NCBI GenBank assembly: GCA_964016885.1
Contig: OZ024741.1
Location: forward strand, 82,150,001 to 82,214,000
Direction of reading: 5' to 3'
DNA: 64,000 nt
From: Eledone cirrhosa
Lineage: Eukaryota
How positions within the stretch are numbered: position 1 is the first letter of the stretch; each line of letters begins with the position of its first letter. The translations under genes were made by a program, and so were the position numbers. Below the pieces are notes generated by a model, which saw only the letters and a list, made by a program, of their open reading frames with translations, made no database searches and was not told where the DNA came from. Below, piece by piece: positions 26,358 through 39,699 of the stretch.

Positions 26358-26572
26358 CTGTCACCTTCGAGACCTCTGGTGTCTTCAGTTCTCGAACTCC
26401 GTCTTGCTCCACAAAATTGAGAGTAGTGCACTTCGCCCGAGGAAGGTGACACCGTAAGGTGAGGTATCTGATGATTTTCGTGGCATTGCTTGCCACCTTT
26501 TGTCCGCAGAGTGCAGTTGAGATACACCACCTTGTCAAATCCTGAACTAGATGCTTGCGCATGTAATGCCAT
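26358..26572 (-). CDS. Candidate first coding exon of an unidentified host gene (MALHAQASSSGFDKVVYLNCTLRTK...TRGLEGDR)
   Basis: Non-repetitive GC-elevated open frame from an ATG, ending at a CAG|GTAAAT donor (215 nt, phase 2); no TE motifs; product not recognised. Confidence 0.55.
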
Positions 26573-27071
26573 AAGTTTGATACAAATCGTTAACCAATAT
26601 AAACCATGATATACAAAAATGGCAAAATGTTCACGGCTAAAAAACCTATATCTCTTCGAAATAATATTATCAACCGCAAACGGCAAATGAATGTTTTACT
26701 CAGGATGTAAAAAAAAAAAAAAAAAAATTACCGCATATCATCTATCCAAGGAGCTTTTCTGATTGCTGTATAGAACATTGGACTGAAGATCATGAGGACG
26801 GGGCTACGATTTTTGCATCGGGTGATGCGTTGTGTTCTTGAGCAAAATATTCTAGTTCCCGTTGCTCCTTATGCCAGGGGTAACAACCAGCTAATAATAA
26901 AAGTAATACCTAGACCAATGGGATCAACTTCTATCGCCCGATCTGACAATCAGTTCATTTACATATTCCTTTCCTTTATAGAACATGGTTTAATTGTGAC
27001 ACTTTCTTTAGTCACCTATGCTTATTCGTGGTTAAGAATTTCAAAATTATGGAGTAGAAAATTGGATTGAC

Positions 27072-27340
27072 GTGCAGGTGGCTGAGCATTTCACATAAAC
27101 ATGTACTCTTAATGTAATATTTCAGGGAAGCTCACAGTATCACAGTGTGTCACAAGGCTGGAAGTTTGAATCGCAAGTATAGTTGCCATACAGTTCAAGT
27201 CTGTTCAATTCCCCTTGCAATGCTTGAGGTGATTCGAGGCTATTGTAAATGATACTTAAACACAATGACCCACATTAGGATTGAGTACGGTATCTAATGA
27301 TTGTGAAGTGTATTTCTTAACCATGTGCCATACTGCGCCT
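27072..27340 (-). mobile_element. Degenerate SINE related to 1062-1275
   Basis: Shared gcaggtggctgagcatt terminus. Confidence 0.5.
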
Positions 27341-28523
27341 GCTACAAAAGCAATAACAACACAATTTACATAAAACGTTTTCAACGAAATTTAAATTCTG
27401 CAAAATGAGAACATTTCAAGTTGCTGACGTTAAAACTATTTTCAGACTAATAATAACATACAATTTGAATCAGTATTTTTAGATTTTATATACGTCTACT
27501 CATAATTCATATGTGATAGAGCATTAAAGAGAAAATATGGTTGTGATGTGTGTAGAGCTATAAAAACACGAATGAGAATCAATATCTTAATACATCGGTG
27601 TAATTACTGCTACACAATTAGTTTTCAATTTGTTTTGTTAAAATGCCCCACTTGATTTCATAAATTCCTTAACGTCTCCAACAAAACATTACATGTATGA
27701 TATATATAATGTAGGTGGACTATTTTTGCCATTTTCAATTTAAAATAATAATTTATATCGTTTATTAAATCCTCGTAGGAAACAATAATGATTAATATTT
27801 ACATTGGTTATCAATTTTAGTCAGGACATGAGACTAAATTCCCCACATATCAAAATAAATTTAAACCCAACAGAACATACAAAAATACAGAATATATGAT
27901 ATACAATTTGGGATGTGTTAAAGCTATAAATATGTAAAAGTAAGAAAATGTAATATCACATGTGTAGATTGCGAACGTGATAGAAAACAAGGTCAAACGA
28001 TTTTATACAAGTGTTTAATATAAATGGGAAAATATGATAGGATTTAATCCCAAGTGTGCGAATTAATCAGAGAAATATTCTTCAAACACCGAAATGAAAT
28101 TGCAAAAGGGTGTTTTGAGATCAATTACATAAGACCTTTGACAGTATTCCCATCTATGCTGTGAATCTATACATACACAGAATGGCTGAAAATTAATTTT
28201 CCAATCCATACATCAACATATTTTCAAAGGCCTTCTTGTTTATTTTCATACCGAGTTTGATATTTCTATGATGCCTTTTGATATTTCCGTAGATCAGATC
28301 AGAATTTGATTACGAAAAAAAAAAAGAATCACGTTTCATTTATGTTCTGATTGAAAAATGAATTGTTGGCGAGCAAAGTCAACTCGATAGGATACATAAC
28401 TCTATTTAAGACAACGGAGACGATAACATCTCTAATCTCCACAGAAGTTCACTTACCTTTACCATTGGCCTTATCATCTACACCGTATCAAAATATTAGA
28501 CTACTATCGTACACGTGTATACA

Positions 28524-28700
<177 letters not shown>

Positions 28701-28724
28701 ATCAAAATGGATAGAGTGAGAAGG

Positions 28725-28922
28725 GGGTTAGAACATTACTCGCCAGACGGTAGAGAGTCGGACATCATGCTTTGAAGCATAGAGTTACATCTCTTTATGA
28801 TCTGAGTTCAAATCCCGCCGTGGTTAACTTTGCCTTTCATCCTTACGGGGTCGATAAAATAAAGTACCAGTAATGTACTGGGTAATTGCTGGCCTTGTGC
28901 CAAAAATAGAAACAATTATTTT
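28725..28922 (+). mobile_element. SINE family A
   Basis: B box gagttcaaatccc, shared core and tail. Confidence 0.9.
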
Positions 28923-29848
28923 ATTTCCAACATGTTCAGGTGGCTGCACAAGCTGCAACGTCTTTCATAAGAGTCATGTTGAATTCCATTACGGCAACTA
29001 GCAGAAAAACCACCCTTGGGGTGGTTTTCTGCTAGCAAGTGAAGTGTGTATATTGATATTATACGCATGTATATATATATACATGTAGATAAGATACATC
29101 AAATAAAAGCGTAATTTACAATATACATAGAAATTGAACGAAGATTGCGTTACACTGTCTTATTTAATCAGTAACAAAATCCATGATACATTAAAAAAAG
29201 ACAATATTATATATAAACTGTATTACAGAAAATTAGTAACAGAAAATTAGTATAATTATTTAAGCGATGGCCAACCGGATGTGTAGACATTTCAGACAGT
29301 TTTAAGAAGTGAGTCTTTAAATAAACAAAATATATTTAACCAACAGCCACGAAATTTATTAGATAAATTATGAAATATTCATTCATTATTTATTCAAAGT
29401 AATGCAACTTAATGGGATAAAATATTATAAACCGTACGCAGTCCCGCGCTCTTTACTTTATTATTACGGTAATTATGACATGATCAAGAATTTCGGTCTT
29501 CGATGCATCCTTCAAATCTGAAGTGTCCGCTTAAACCTGAAAAGTCTGGCCCTTCTTTCTGGTGAATGTTTCGTAGTTATATTAACATTACAGCCGCTCC
29601 CCAAATATGAAAAACAATATCCATATTATTCAATGTTATAACAATAACGAGCTGTTTTATGCAAAGAAAATTTCGCCTTATTGCCCTTCACAAATGTATT
29701 GCGTGAATATTGTTCAATGTGACTTTTGATAGTCATTCGTAGATAAGGTATGACATTCCGTCTGTAGAGTCAGATGTCTGTCATCAGATTGTTTGCAAAC
29801 TTTAAAAAGTTCACAAGTGATATATGTTATATATATATATATATATAT

Positions 29849-31900
29849 ATAGGAAAAGAGTCAGGACCCGACGGCTGAGTTCCGCCCGTTTCGACAGCTA
29901 GACTCGAACTCGGGTCCTGAGACTTTCCCTACCCTTTCTAATACCCTAAGTATCGAGCAATCTGGTGCGTTATGGTCAACCTGGGTTCTTACCACACTTT
30001 CTTTGTGGAGGCTCGTAATAGAGAAACAAATATCTTCGTTCATATAATGTTTGTGTTGGGACAGATTCGAGAGAGAGAGAAAGATGAGCTGCGTGTGATC
30101 GACCCCAAGTCGTCGCGAGAAAGTAAGAATATTGGCGTCAGTATAGCTGGCCTGCAGAAGAGGGAGGAAGAAGGTGACAGTGGGAGGGAGAGGGGTAAAG
30201 ATAGGGAGCAGTGTGAGAGAATGGAGAGAAAGAAAGAATGAATGCATGGTGGACAAACATTATATGAACGAAAATATTTGTTTCTCGCAACGAGCCGCCT
30301 ATTCCCCGCAGTAATCTCATTACTTCGTCGAAACTGCAGGAGGTTCAGATCTGAAGAGCATAATTTAATATTTGTGTCCTGTTCACTTTCATACATACTT
30401 TTTCCTCCTTCCTATCTTCTCTTCCTTCCTTCGAGTCGAGTCAACTCACATCTAGCCGCTGTTCTCTGTCCTTCAAAGTAATATATTACCTATCTACCTA
30501 TCTACGCATCTAAACATGCAGACTTATCTGGTGATGGGGTACATGTAATTCTAGCCGCACGGAAAACATTAATGGAGTTCAGTGGTCATCTCTGGACAGG
30601 AGCCGATGGATAAGATAGTTTTGATATCACTATGGGATCATCCGACTCAGCGCAGGCGGCGGATCTTGTGGCTTATTTGTTAGTGGTATACTGCATGGGA
30701 GGATGCCAGAGATGGCCGGTGGTTTGTATCGTGACGATATGCTGCTCTTGGTTGAGGGTCATAGTAATTGTAAAATTAATAGGAAAGGAAAATCCATAGT
30801 ACAATCCTTCAATGATTATAGCCTTGGGTTGGAAATGGAGAATAGCTATAAAATCGTTGACTTCTTGGGCGTGGCATTGGACCTTGGCGCAGGGCTTTGC
30901 TGTCCTTTCCATAGAATTAATGAAAATCTAAATTGCGTGTGTTTTGACTCTAGTCGTCCTGGATCTGTTGGGAGCACTATTGTCAATAGTGTCCAACAAC
31001 GGATTTCACGCATCTCTGCTAATAAAAATATTTTTGATGATAAGGCTGAATATTATAATGAAGCGAATAAAATTAAATACAATGACAACAATAACATGGC
31101 AAATCACCCTAGGATAATAATAATAAACAATTTAACTTAAACTCTAAACCAAACAAAAGAACTAGAACTAGAAATATTATTTGGTACTCACCCCCATTCT
31201 CATTAAGTGTTAACACACCTTTAGCAAAGCTATTCTTTAAAGCACTAGACAAATGTTTTCCTAAAGCCCATAGATACCACTCAATGTTTAACAAACATAC
31301 TATAAAACTATCCTACTCTACTACTATGAATATAGCACAAAATATAAATAGAATTAATAATAGAAACTTAAATTTAAACCCTAACCAAAATAACCATAAT
31401 AGCAATAATAATATTTCTAGCAATATCCAGTATAATAGTACCGTTCCGAGCAACAACAACTCCGTAAAATGTAAAGGTAGAATCAAATCAAACTGCCCTT
31501 TACAAAATGCCTTTATAAATGCAGAGTTAAAACTAAAGATAATATATTTAACTATGTCGGTGCCTCTTCTAGAAAATTTAAAGATCGCTGGAATAACCAT
31601 AATCATTCTTTCAGAAGATCTGAAAAAATCTTCTACTTCTCTTTCACATCTTATATGGAACTTAAAAAGCAACAATATAGACTATTCAATATCTTCGAAA
31701 GCACCTGCGTACGAAATATGGCTTTATCAAAATTCTGTAAATTGTGTATCGAAGAAATATTTTATATAATTAACTGTCAAAACTCTATTAATCCCAGGAC
31801 AGAATTATTTTCTTCTTGTAGAAATCGCCAAAATTCTACATTCAGAACTATGTGTAATTTATAATATTCCTATAAATCATAAAAATGATCCTATCTCCTT
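29849..31900 (+). mobile_element. Decayed Naiad-type PLE: rearranged pLTR, RT and GIY-YIG relics
   Basis: FDITMGSSDSAQ, GLYRDD, VDFLGV, WYSPP, TIKLSYS, CPLQN, CKLCIEE, NPRTELFSSC; pLTR fragments at 29849-30005; frameshifted. Confidence 0.85.
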
Positions 31901-31995
31901 TAACAATTTAAATTTTTTATATTTTAATATATTAATATCTCTAAATGGTAATATCTCTAATATTTGTAGTACTTTCACCTTTCAGCAAAAATGTC

Positions 31996-31999
<4 letters not shown>

Positions 32000-32081
<82 letters not shown>

Positions 32082-32105
32082 TATATATAGATATATATAT
32101 ATATA

Positions 32106-32186
<81 letters not shown>

Positions 32187-32230
32187 ATATATTTATATAT
32201 ATTTATATATATTTATGTATATTTATATAA
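32000..32230. repeat. Long (TA)n microsatellite
   Basis: Seen directly. Confidence 0.95.
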
Positions 32231-32712
32231 TTTTAATTTTAATTTTAATTTTTTTAATTCTTTAATTCTTACATTATATTTTTCCAATGGCACCCTCTAA
32301 AGCTATTTTTAAACGTAGATTAATAACCATTAACTGACACTAGAAAAATGTATCCTATTCAAGACGATCTTTAAACATTCACATTTCTTTCGACTAAATA
32401 ATTAATTAATCTCACACTAACTCTTAAAAAAAATTATCGATTAACAAATAAAATTGGAGTTACCTTTCCTTTCTCTATCATATAAACTTATTACATTATT
32501 ATATACCCAACTCCGTTAATTTAAAACATTCTCAAAGCCGAACATAAAGTGCAAAATCAACACCCTCGAAACTCATATTATAAAGCCACCTAAAACTTGA
32601 ACTACCTATTTATCTACATAAAACACAAAACCAACACCCTCGTAACTCATATTATAAACAACTAATAATTGCAAATTATCTCTTTAATAATAATACATAT
32701 GCTATTATTAAA

Positions 32713-32744
<32 letters not shown>

Positions 32745-33144
32745 TTAACCCACTACAATATTGTAATAAGATAAATACTTACAAACATATTCCTCCATAT
32801 AAATATATACATAATATAGGTAAATATTTAAATCTTTTTCCCCAAAATTAACGTATATAAGTGGTCTTCTTTTTCCTTTTCTTCTTTTTTCTTTCTTTCT
32901 CTCCTACTAATATATCTAAACTTTACATAGCCTTTAAAATAACGGTTTTTCAATCATATAACTCAACCTCATTTACATATTCATTTGCATACTCATACTA
33001 ACAATTTTGAAAAATCAGTTCTTTAACTTCACTATGCAAGGAAAATTCAACTGATAAGGTATGTTTCCTTGGCTATGTCAACATTTATAAAACACACTTT
33101 GTATTTTATCTGATGAAAGCATAACAAAGTTTTTGGCACACTTG

Positions 33145-33182
<38 letters not shown>

Positions 33183-33904
33183 AAGAAAGAGAGAGAGATT
33201 GCTATTTGTCTTTAATACCTTAATACTTAGACGTCCCAATTAATGGTTGAAATATACAGATAAAATATCACCCAGAGAATAATTTTACGTACTAAATTTA
33301 TGCCAAAATCTCAGTTTAGTGGATATTATGTCCTTATGTATAAAGGAATACACTGCAAGAGTGTAATGATATAGTCGAAACAAACGGCAATAACCACACG
33401 TAACGGAACAGCAATCTTTTACGACCCAACAATCCAACGCGCTAACTCGAACTTTGAACTTGAACTCCAACTTTGACCATCAACACACGAACAGTGGAAC
33501 TAGTACCAACTGCCCACTTACTCAGGCCGCTACTATTTATATGTAGTGGCCCAGCCCATTTATACCAGGGGGCGTCGTACTCTCGCACAGCATTGGAGTA
33601 TAAGGCAGATAGTCTACAATACGTCATACAATTATCTCCCAACCACGGTTTCAAAAACAAAAGAAACAATATCAGTCATTTCAAATCATTGGAATACACA
33701 ATATTGGAAGAACTTGTTTTATCGCCAGGGAATAATGTTTTAGAACAAGAGAAGGTATTGATCCTAAAGTATACAGACAATTTCGTTGTCGAAATAGTAT
33801 GGTGCCCAACACGTCGCGTTGCCGAATTACTAAATGAACAAATATTTCTATATATATTAGGACAATATGACAGGCTTATAAGGACGCTAGAAATAGCAGC
33901 AACA

Positions 33905-34735
33905 AAACAGTCTAATTCAGCCTCCTACCTTCCATCACTCGTAAACATGGGCCCGAGATAGTTGACCTTCTCCATTCACAAGTAGAGTGAGAGGAAGAAT
34001 GTCTCAGTTTTTGCAGCAATGATTTTGCTTCCCGCCATGTAGCTCTTGGTATCAAACCTATCAAGTGCAAGTTGGAGATCACCTGCTGTTGAATTAATTA
34101 ATACGACGTCGTCTGTAATTTCCAGCCGACTGATTTTACACCTGTCAGTCGAGATACCACTTCCAACCCAGCTGCGCATGTCAATCATGTTTATGAAAAT
34201 ATTAAACAGGAGAGGTGACAGCATGCACCCTTGGTGGAACCCGGCTACCACATTGAATGGTTTCGCACCATTTATCCGAACATAAATGGGTATATACTCG
34301 GGTATAAATTAGGTACAAGGATTGTAGTAGCTGGTGCAGTAACTTGCCAACTTCAGGATTCAGTAATGAGAAGAAGAGAGTTAGATGTACGAGCAAAACT
34401 AACAATCTTCAATTCGGTATTCGCGCCAACGCATAACTATGATCATGAATCTAGAGTAATGACTGCGGCCGAGATGTGATAATGTGATATGGAATAACGT
34501 TACTTAATAGTGTGCGTAGCTTGGAGATCAGAGAGTCATTCAAGATCGAGTCGCTCTGATATTATGGGCGCGCGGTTAGAATGTCTCAGGAAAGAATAAC
34601 TGGACAGATTTTACGGGCGAAAACACTGGCAAGAGACCCAGGGGCAGACACCGAACAAGACGGTTCGATAATATCCATGAGCATGACTCGTCTCGGTTGG
34701 GGAGCCCCCGGACAGCCTTCATATGACAAGTTGGC
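33905..34735. mobile_element. RTE-clade LINE fragment with 5' inversion (33905-34290 minus, 34300-34735 plus)
   Basis: Minus: QGCMLSPLLF, ITDDVVL, NYLG..FTSDG; plus: AKLTIFNSVFAPT..YDHES; followed by (GAA)n. Confidence 0.8.
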
Positions 34736-34819
34736 GAAGAAGAAGACGAAGAAGAAGAAGAAGAAGAAGAAGAAGAAGAAGAAGAAGAAGAAGAAGAAGA
34801 AGAAGAAGAAGAAGAAGAA

Positions 34820-34851
<32 letters not shown>

Positions 34852-34984
34852 AGAAGAAGAAGAAGAAGAAGAAGAAGAAGAAGAAGAAGAAGAAGAAGAA
34901 GAAGAAGAAGAAGAAGAAGAAGAAGACGACGACGACGAAGAAGAAATAAAAGAAAAAGAAGAAGAAGAAGAAGAAGAAGAAGAA
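34736..34984. repeat. (GAA)n/(GAC)n compound microsatellite
   Basis: Seen directly. Confidence 0.95.
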
Positions 34985-35600
34985 TGTATATATATATATT
35001 TATGCCTACACCCACACCTAGCATATTTCATCAGAAGTGTGTATAATACAAGTGCGCTTCTTGCCAGTCTGACCATGGAGCTAAGTTAGCTGTAGATGTG
35101 GATGTGAAGAAGGAGATTCAGTCGTTACTTATGAAGTGATTCACCAAAGAGACACATTATATGACTGAAAACTCCTGCCTAATATAAAGGGCTTCACTGA
35201 TTTTTATGTCCAAATATGATATCACTATCTAAACGATTGTATTCTTTGAATAATTAGAGAATATAATTCAAGTTGTAGTTTGCAATTCCTTAGTCAAATC
35301 ATTGTCAAGGTGTTTCCTATAATGGACACTTTATACTTTATATCTATAGTACTATAGTATGATATATTCACGGTGGCAATTAAAAATATGCAGAATGTTT
35401 CTTCTTTTACTGGTTTCATTCGTTAGACTGCGGCCATGTTGGAGCAAGCAGGGTTTATGTACTGCAAGGTCTGGTATCGGTACTGTAAGGTCTGGCTCAT
35501 TTTGACGAACCATTATTTTATTGACCGTAAACACGGAGGCACACAAATAAACACACAGAGGCGCGCACACAGACACACATACGTGCACATACACGCACAT

Positions 35601-35681
<81 letters not shown>

Positions 35682-36552
35682 AAATTAAATTAAGGGTGTC
35701 ATGTCCGAGAAACATGCGCCATATCCACTGTAGAATATGTTCAAAGATTCCTTAATTTAATTTTGGTTATATATACGGCCATTTAATTGTAGAGCTAATT
35801 CGGTTGAAAAGACTCGGCTGCTATTTCTAGTTGTCGATAATCCTATTCACGCCACTGGGATGACGATGGTACGATGTGCGTTTTTAAAAAAAAATGCAAC
35901 ACGTGTTACTAGTCATTCGCAGATTCGCAGATTTGCATTTGCTGAGTAAACACAGATAGTTAAATCTTCTCCCTTGTTGAAAATCCAGAATTGACTACTC
36001 TGACCGATTGATGGTAAAATATATTTCTTTAATGAAACATATACAAGGAAGAATGATCATTTTAAAAGGTATGTATATTTAAAGTTCTAGTTAAACTTTA
36101 ATTAGTTACCTACCTAGCTGTGTATGCTTACACACTTTACAAATTATTCCCTGTGATTGTTTCATATGTTTAATTTAGATATATATATATATGTCAATCC
36201 ATTTCTAGTTGATATATATATATATATAAATAATGTCGTCATTGTCGGCACCACTCATGTCTGAGTTTGGTTTATCTGGAACCTCCACAATACTTCAAGC
36301 TGAAAAGGTGTGGAACAATCTCAAGAACGTATCTCAAGGCAAGGTGGCTTGTTGTATCGGCTGGAGTTAACGGCCTTGCGTTTTTCGAGGGTATTATCCT
36401 CCACAATCAGGCTAAAATTTATTTAGTAAAAAATACGGCGAAAGCTTCTATTTCTACTGAATTTGAACCTTCGCTCGCTGTTTCAAAACAAACTTACTTG
36501 TCATTACACTTGCTATGAATGTAGCTTCTAAGTTGACTGTAACGGGTTGAGT

Positions 36553-36623
36553 GACATGTTGGAGTAATGGTAGTACAGTGCTCTGGATAACCAAAAATGT
36601 GAGTTTGACTCCTGTGTACGTCA
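36553..36623 (+). pseudogene. tRNA-like sequence (tRNA pseudogene or SINE head)
   Basis: A-box-like tggagtaatgg, B-box-like gagtttgactcc, imperfect acceptor stem gacatgt/gtacgtc. Confidence 0.45.
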
Positions 36624-36689
36624 ATACTCATCCTTTTCCATTTTTAGAGGGGGTTTTAAAACTGACTATCTGGTTACAATTTCTTTAGT

Positions 36690-36721
<32 letters not shown>

Positions 36722-36949
36722 AGATACAAACTGCAGCCGGTAATCGAACTATGATACAGTCTTACCACTCGATGAAATATCACTCATATGACAATGGCAT
36801 CATAACTCATGTATAACGTAGATGAAATATAATATATAAAATAAAATTAAGTTTAAAAAGCACACATGTGACAAGATAAATTGATTTTTCATATCATTTC
36901 ATTTTCAGAGAATAAGAAATAGTTGTTGATCTAATGTAAAATTCTTCCT

Positions 36950-38110
36950 TAATCACAATGTCCTCCCACGTCTTAAACTTGGGCGCCTTTATAATTCTGT
37001 CGTGACTTTCGTCCGTTCGTGTACCGAAAGTTCAAGAAGGAAAACGTATTTCCAACCAAAGTTCTGTAAGCCTCTATTCTTGCTCAAATAACCTCTTTAA
37101 AATCTTGATTAAACCAAGTAGTCCCCATGCCAATGGGCTCAATACCTCGCTGCTTTCGCCCGCGCACTTTTAGCGCTGAAGCAAATCGATCCAAGCTTTA
37201 TATTGAACAAGAAATTCTCTGAATTTGGATGCAAATAATACCTTGACGTGAATAACTCACGAACTGCTGCTACCTACTTCATGCTGTATGTGGAGCTGAA
37301 CTTGCCGGTCATTTCGAGTTTTCTTGACTTTTGACAATTCCAGGTTGCAGGGAACTAGATAATGAATAGTCGATAGCTTAGTCTCTTTGTTAATACGAAT
37401 ATCTAGCAGAGAATTAAAAGTGTCAGAAACAATAAGGCAAATCAATTACTGATCTCTGTTTTCAATTTCCCTTATAGCATGTATATTTATGGATATCTTT
37501 GTGCCGGTAAAAGATCTGCACAATAGAGAGATCATCACTCAGATCGAAATCTAATTCGGCATCTCCATTCTCATTAAAATCAGGATAGTCGTTCCTTCTA
37601 ATCAATCCTTTCCCTGTGCCTACATGTAAATTGGTGTCTCCCAGTAGAATATATGACTCATCCTGAACTGCATCTAACGTTGCAGTGTCATCGTCAAGTA
37701 AGGATCGATATTCGGACTCTCTGTTTGGCTCCTAAACTTGCGCTATCCACAGAGGCATTTGTTGCGGGAAAAGATTCAAGAAAAATGTTCTCACTTCTAA
37801 TGGGATGCATGCCATAACACATTCCGACAGCCAGGGACTTGAGAGCATCTCCACTCCCACCTGTGCAGTCATTTCTGTCGCAAACCCTGAATAATGGAGT
37901 TTATATCCCCCTCCAATAGTTCCTGCATCTTTCCTGAAAGAGCTGTAAGGGCTCCCTTCTCGACACTCTTTGTGATGTTGAGATGCGGGTATATTCCAGG
38001 CATCACACAAGAAATCGTGGTATGTCACCAGTCTTTTCGGTATTACATGGAGCCGGCAATATAACGCCCGAAAGAGTCCTCTTACACCTTGTGAGATAGG
38101 CGATGCAATA
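36950..38110 (-). mobile_element. Decayed RTE-clade LINE, AP endonuclease region
   Basis: Minus-strand relics YKLHYSG, ILLGDTNLHVG, RSVID, LSTIHYLV (SDH motif). Confidence 0.7.
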
Positions 38111-38384
38111 TGATTGATTATGACCATAATGCAGTTGTTTCTGGTCTTATTCGCAGCAGTAAGCAATTTGGTAATTTTCTCAGATCCACATTTTTAGAAG
38201 CGGCCTTTATCGTTGTTGTGAGAGATTGTTTGAGGGCTAAGAACGTCATCCATTGCTCTATCTCTCCTAATAACTCTCTTCTGTTTACCCAGGCGTTGCT
38301 TATTCGTCTTCCAGGAGTCCATGTATATTGCAAATAACCATCATATTTGCTGACTGTATAGATATCAACAATCTTCAAATCTTT

Positions 38385-38960
38385 CTCTAGTAGAACAACT
38401 TTGCCGAGAATTCAGGAATGAAAATCAGAGCTTCAAAAACCGAGCTATTGGTCGTATCCAGAAAGCGTGCGCAGTGCGCTCTGCATATGAGTGGATTTAC
38501 AATAAAGCAGTTGTTGGCGGTAAGGTATCTCGGGACCTTTAGACGAGAGATTGGAGGCAAGATGTGGAATTTAAATGAAAGAATTTCTTGGGCTGGTGGA
38601 AGAAGTGGATGAATGATCAAATGAAGAAAATAATTAAGGACAACATTAAACTTGAAGCTTTATTAAACGGGGCATTACAAAACGTAGATATTAATAATAG
38701 ATTGACAAGAATATACAACACTAAGGGAATGGTTAAAGGTTGTAATAGAGGAAATAAATCAACGTGCCATAACCACATATGCAAAAATCAAAACGCATGA
38801 GAGCTGAGTTGGCCCGTGTTGACAAATCCACATGCTCGACAAGATGTTATTTGAACAGCTAGAAAGGAAAAAAAGGAAGCGACGATGGTCTTCCTAAGGC
38901 TGAACAGACCCATAGATATGGGACCAGGATGTTGAAAAAAATAGTCGAACGGTGTGAATT
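38385..38960 (+). mobile_element. Decayed RTE-like RT 3' fragment
   Basis: SGMKIRASKTE...VRYLG relics. Confidence 0.5.
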
Positions 38961-39149
38961 GAGACTGTTAAAAAGGAGGTTAATGAAGTATATAACGTCT
39001 GTTCACCCGATACTGACAGTCGTGTTCAATGACAGCTTGATAATAAGGTTCGGGTGAGTACCGCACTGAAGGAAATGAATTAGCAATTATAGTCCAATCA
39101 TATGTCTCTCCTTGGTGTGGAAATTGCTAACAAACATTATGTCTGAGGA

Positions 39150-39635
39150 AATCTATCACCACCGCGACATAAACAACTTTTGCCGGAGGAACAGAAAGGA
39201 TGCTGAAAGAAGTCCCGTGATACAAAAAACCAGCTACTTATTGCAAATATAATAAGAAGAAACTACAAGACGAGATATACTAGTTTTATCATGGGATAAT
39301 AGACTACACAAAATTACTCGACATGCTTCCTCATTCTAGGTAACAAAGTACCTAGAAATCTTGAAGGTGACGGACAACATCGGATTAAATAATAGTCTGA
39401 ACAACTGGAGACAGGAGGAGAATCCTTAGGAGTAGTGAATATCAAGAGAGTGAAATATCATCCAGGGAGGTAGTCTCTCCCCGTTATTGTTTTTCCTTAC
39501 ATTCACAACATTGTCTCTAGTATTGCGAGCATTGAAGGTAGGATACTAACTGGGAAGAAGAGAACTTACAATCAACAACTTCCTCTTCATGCTAGAACTA
39601 AAACTCTTCGGGAAGAACGGAAAGCAGTTGGATAA
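39150..39635 (+). mobile_element. R4/Dong-like RT fragment
   Basis: IDY...DMLPHS, VNIKR, IIQGGSLSPLLF relics. Confidence 0.7.
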
Positions 39636-39699
39636 GAACTAGAGATCAGGCTCTTAAAACAATAAGTGTAGATATTTAAGCCTGATGTATCAGAAGTGA

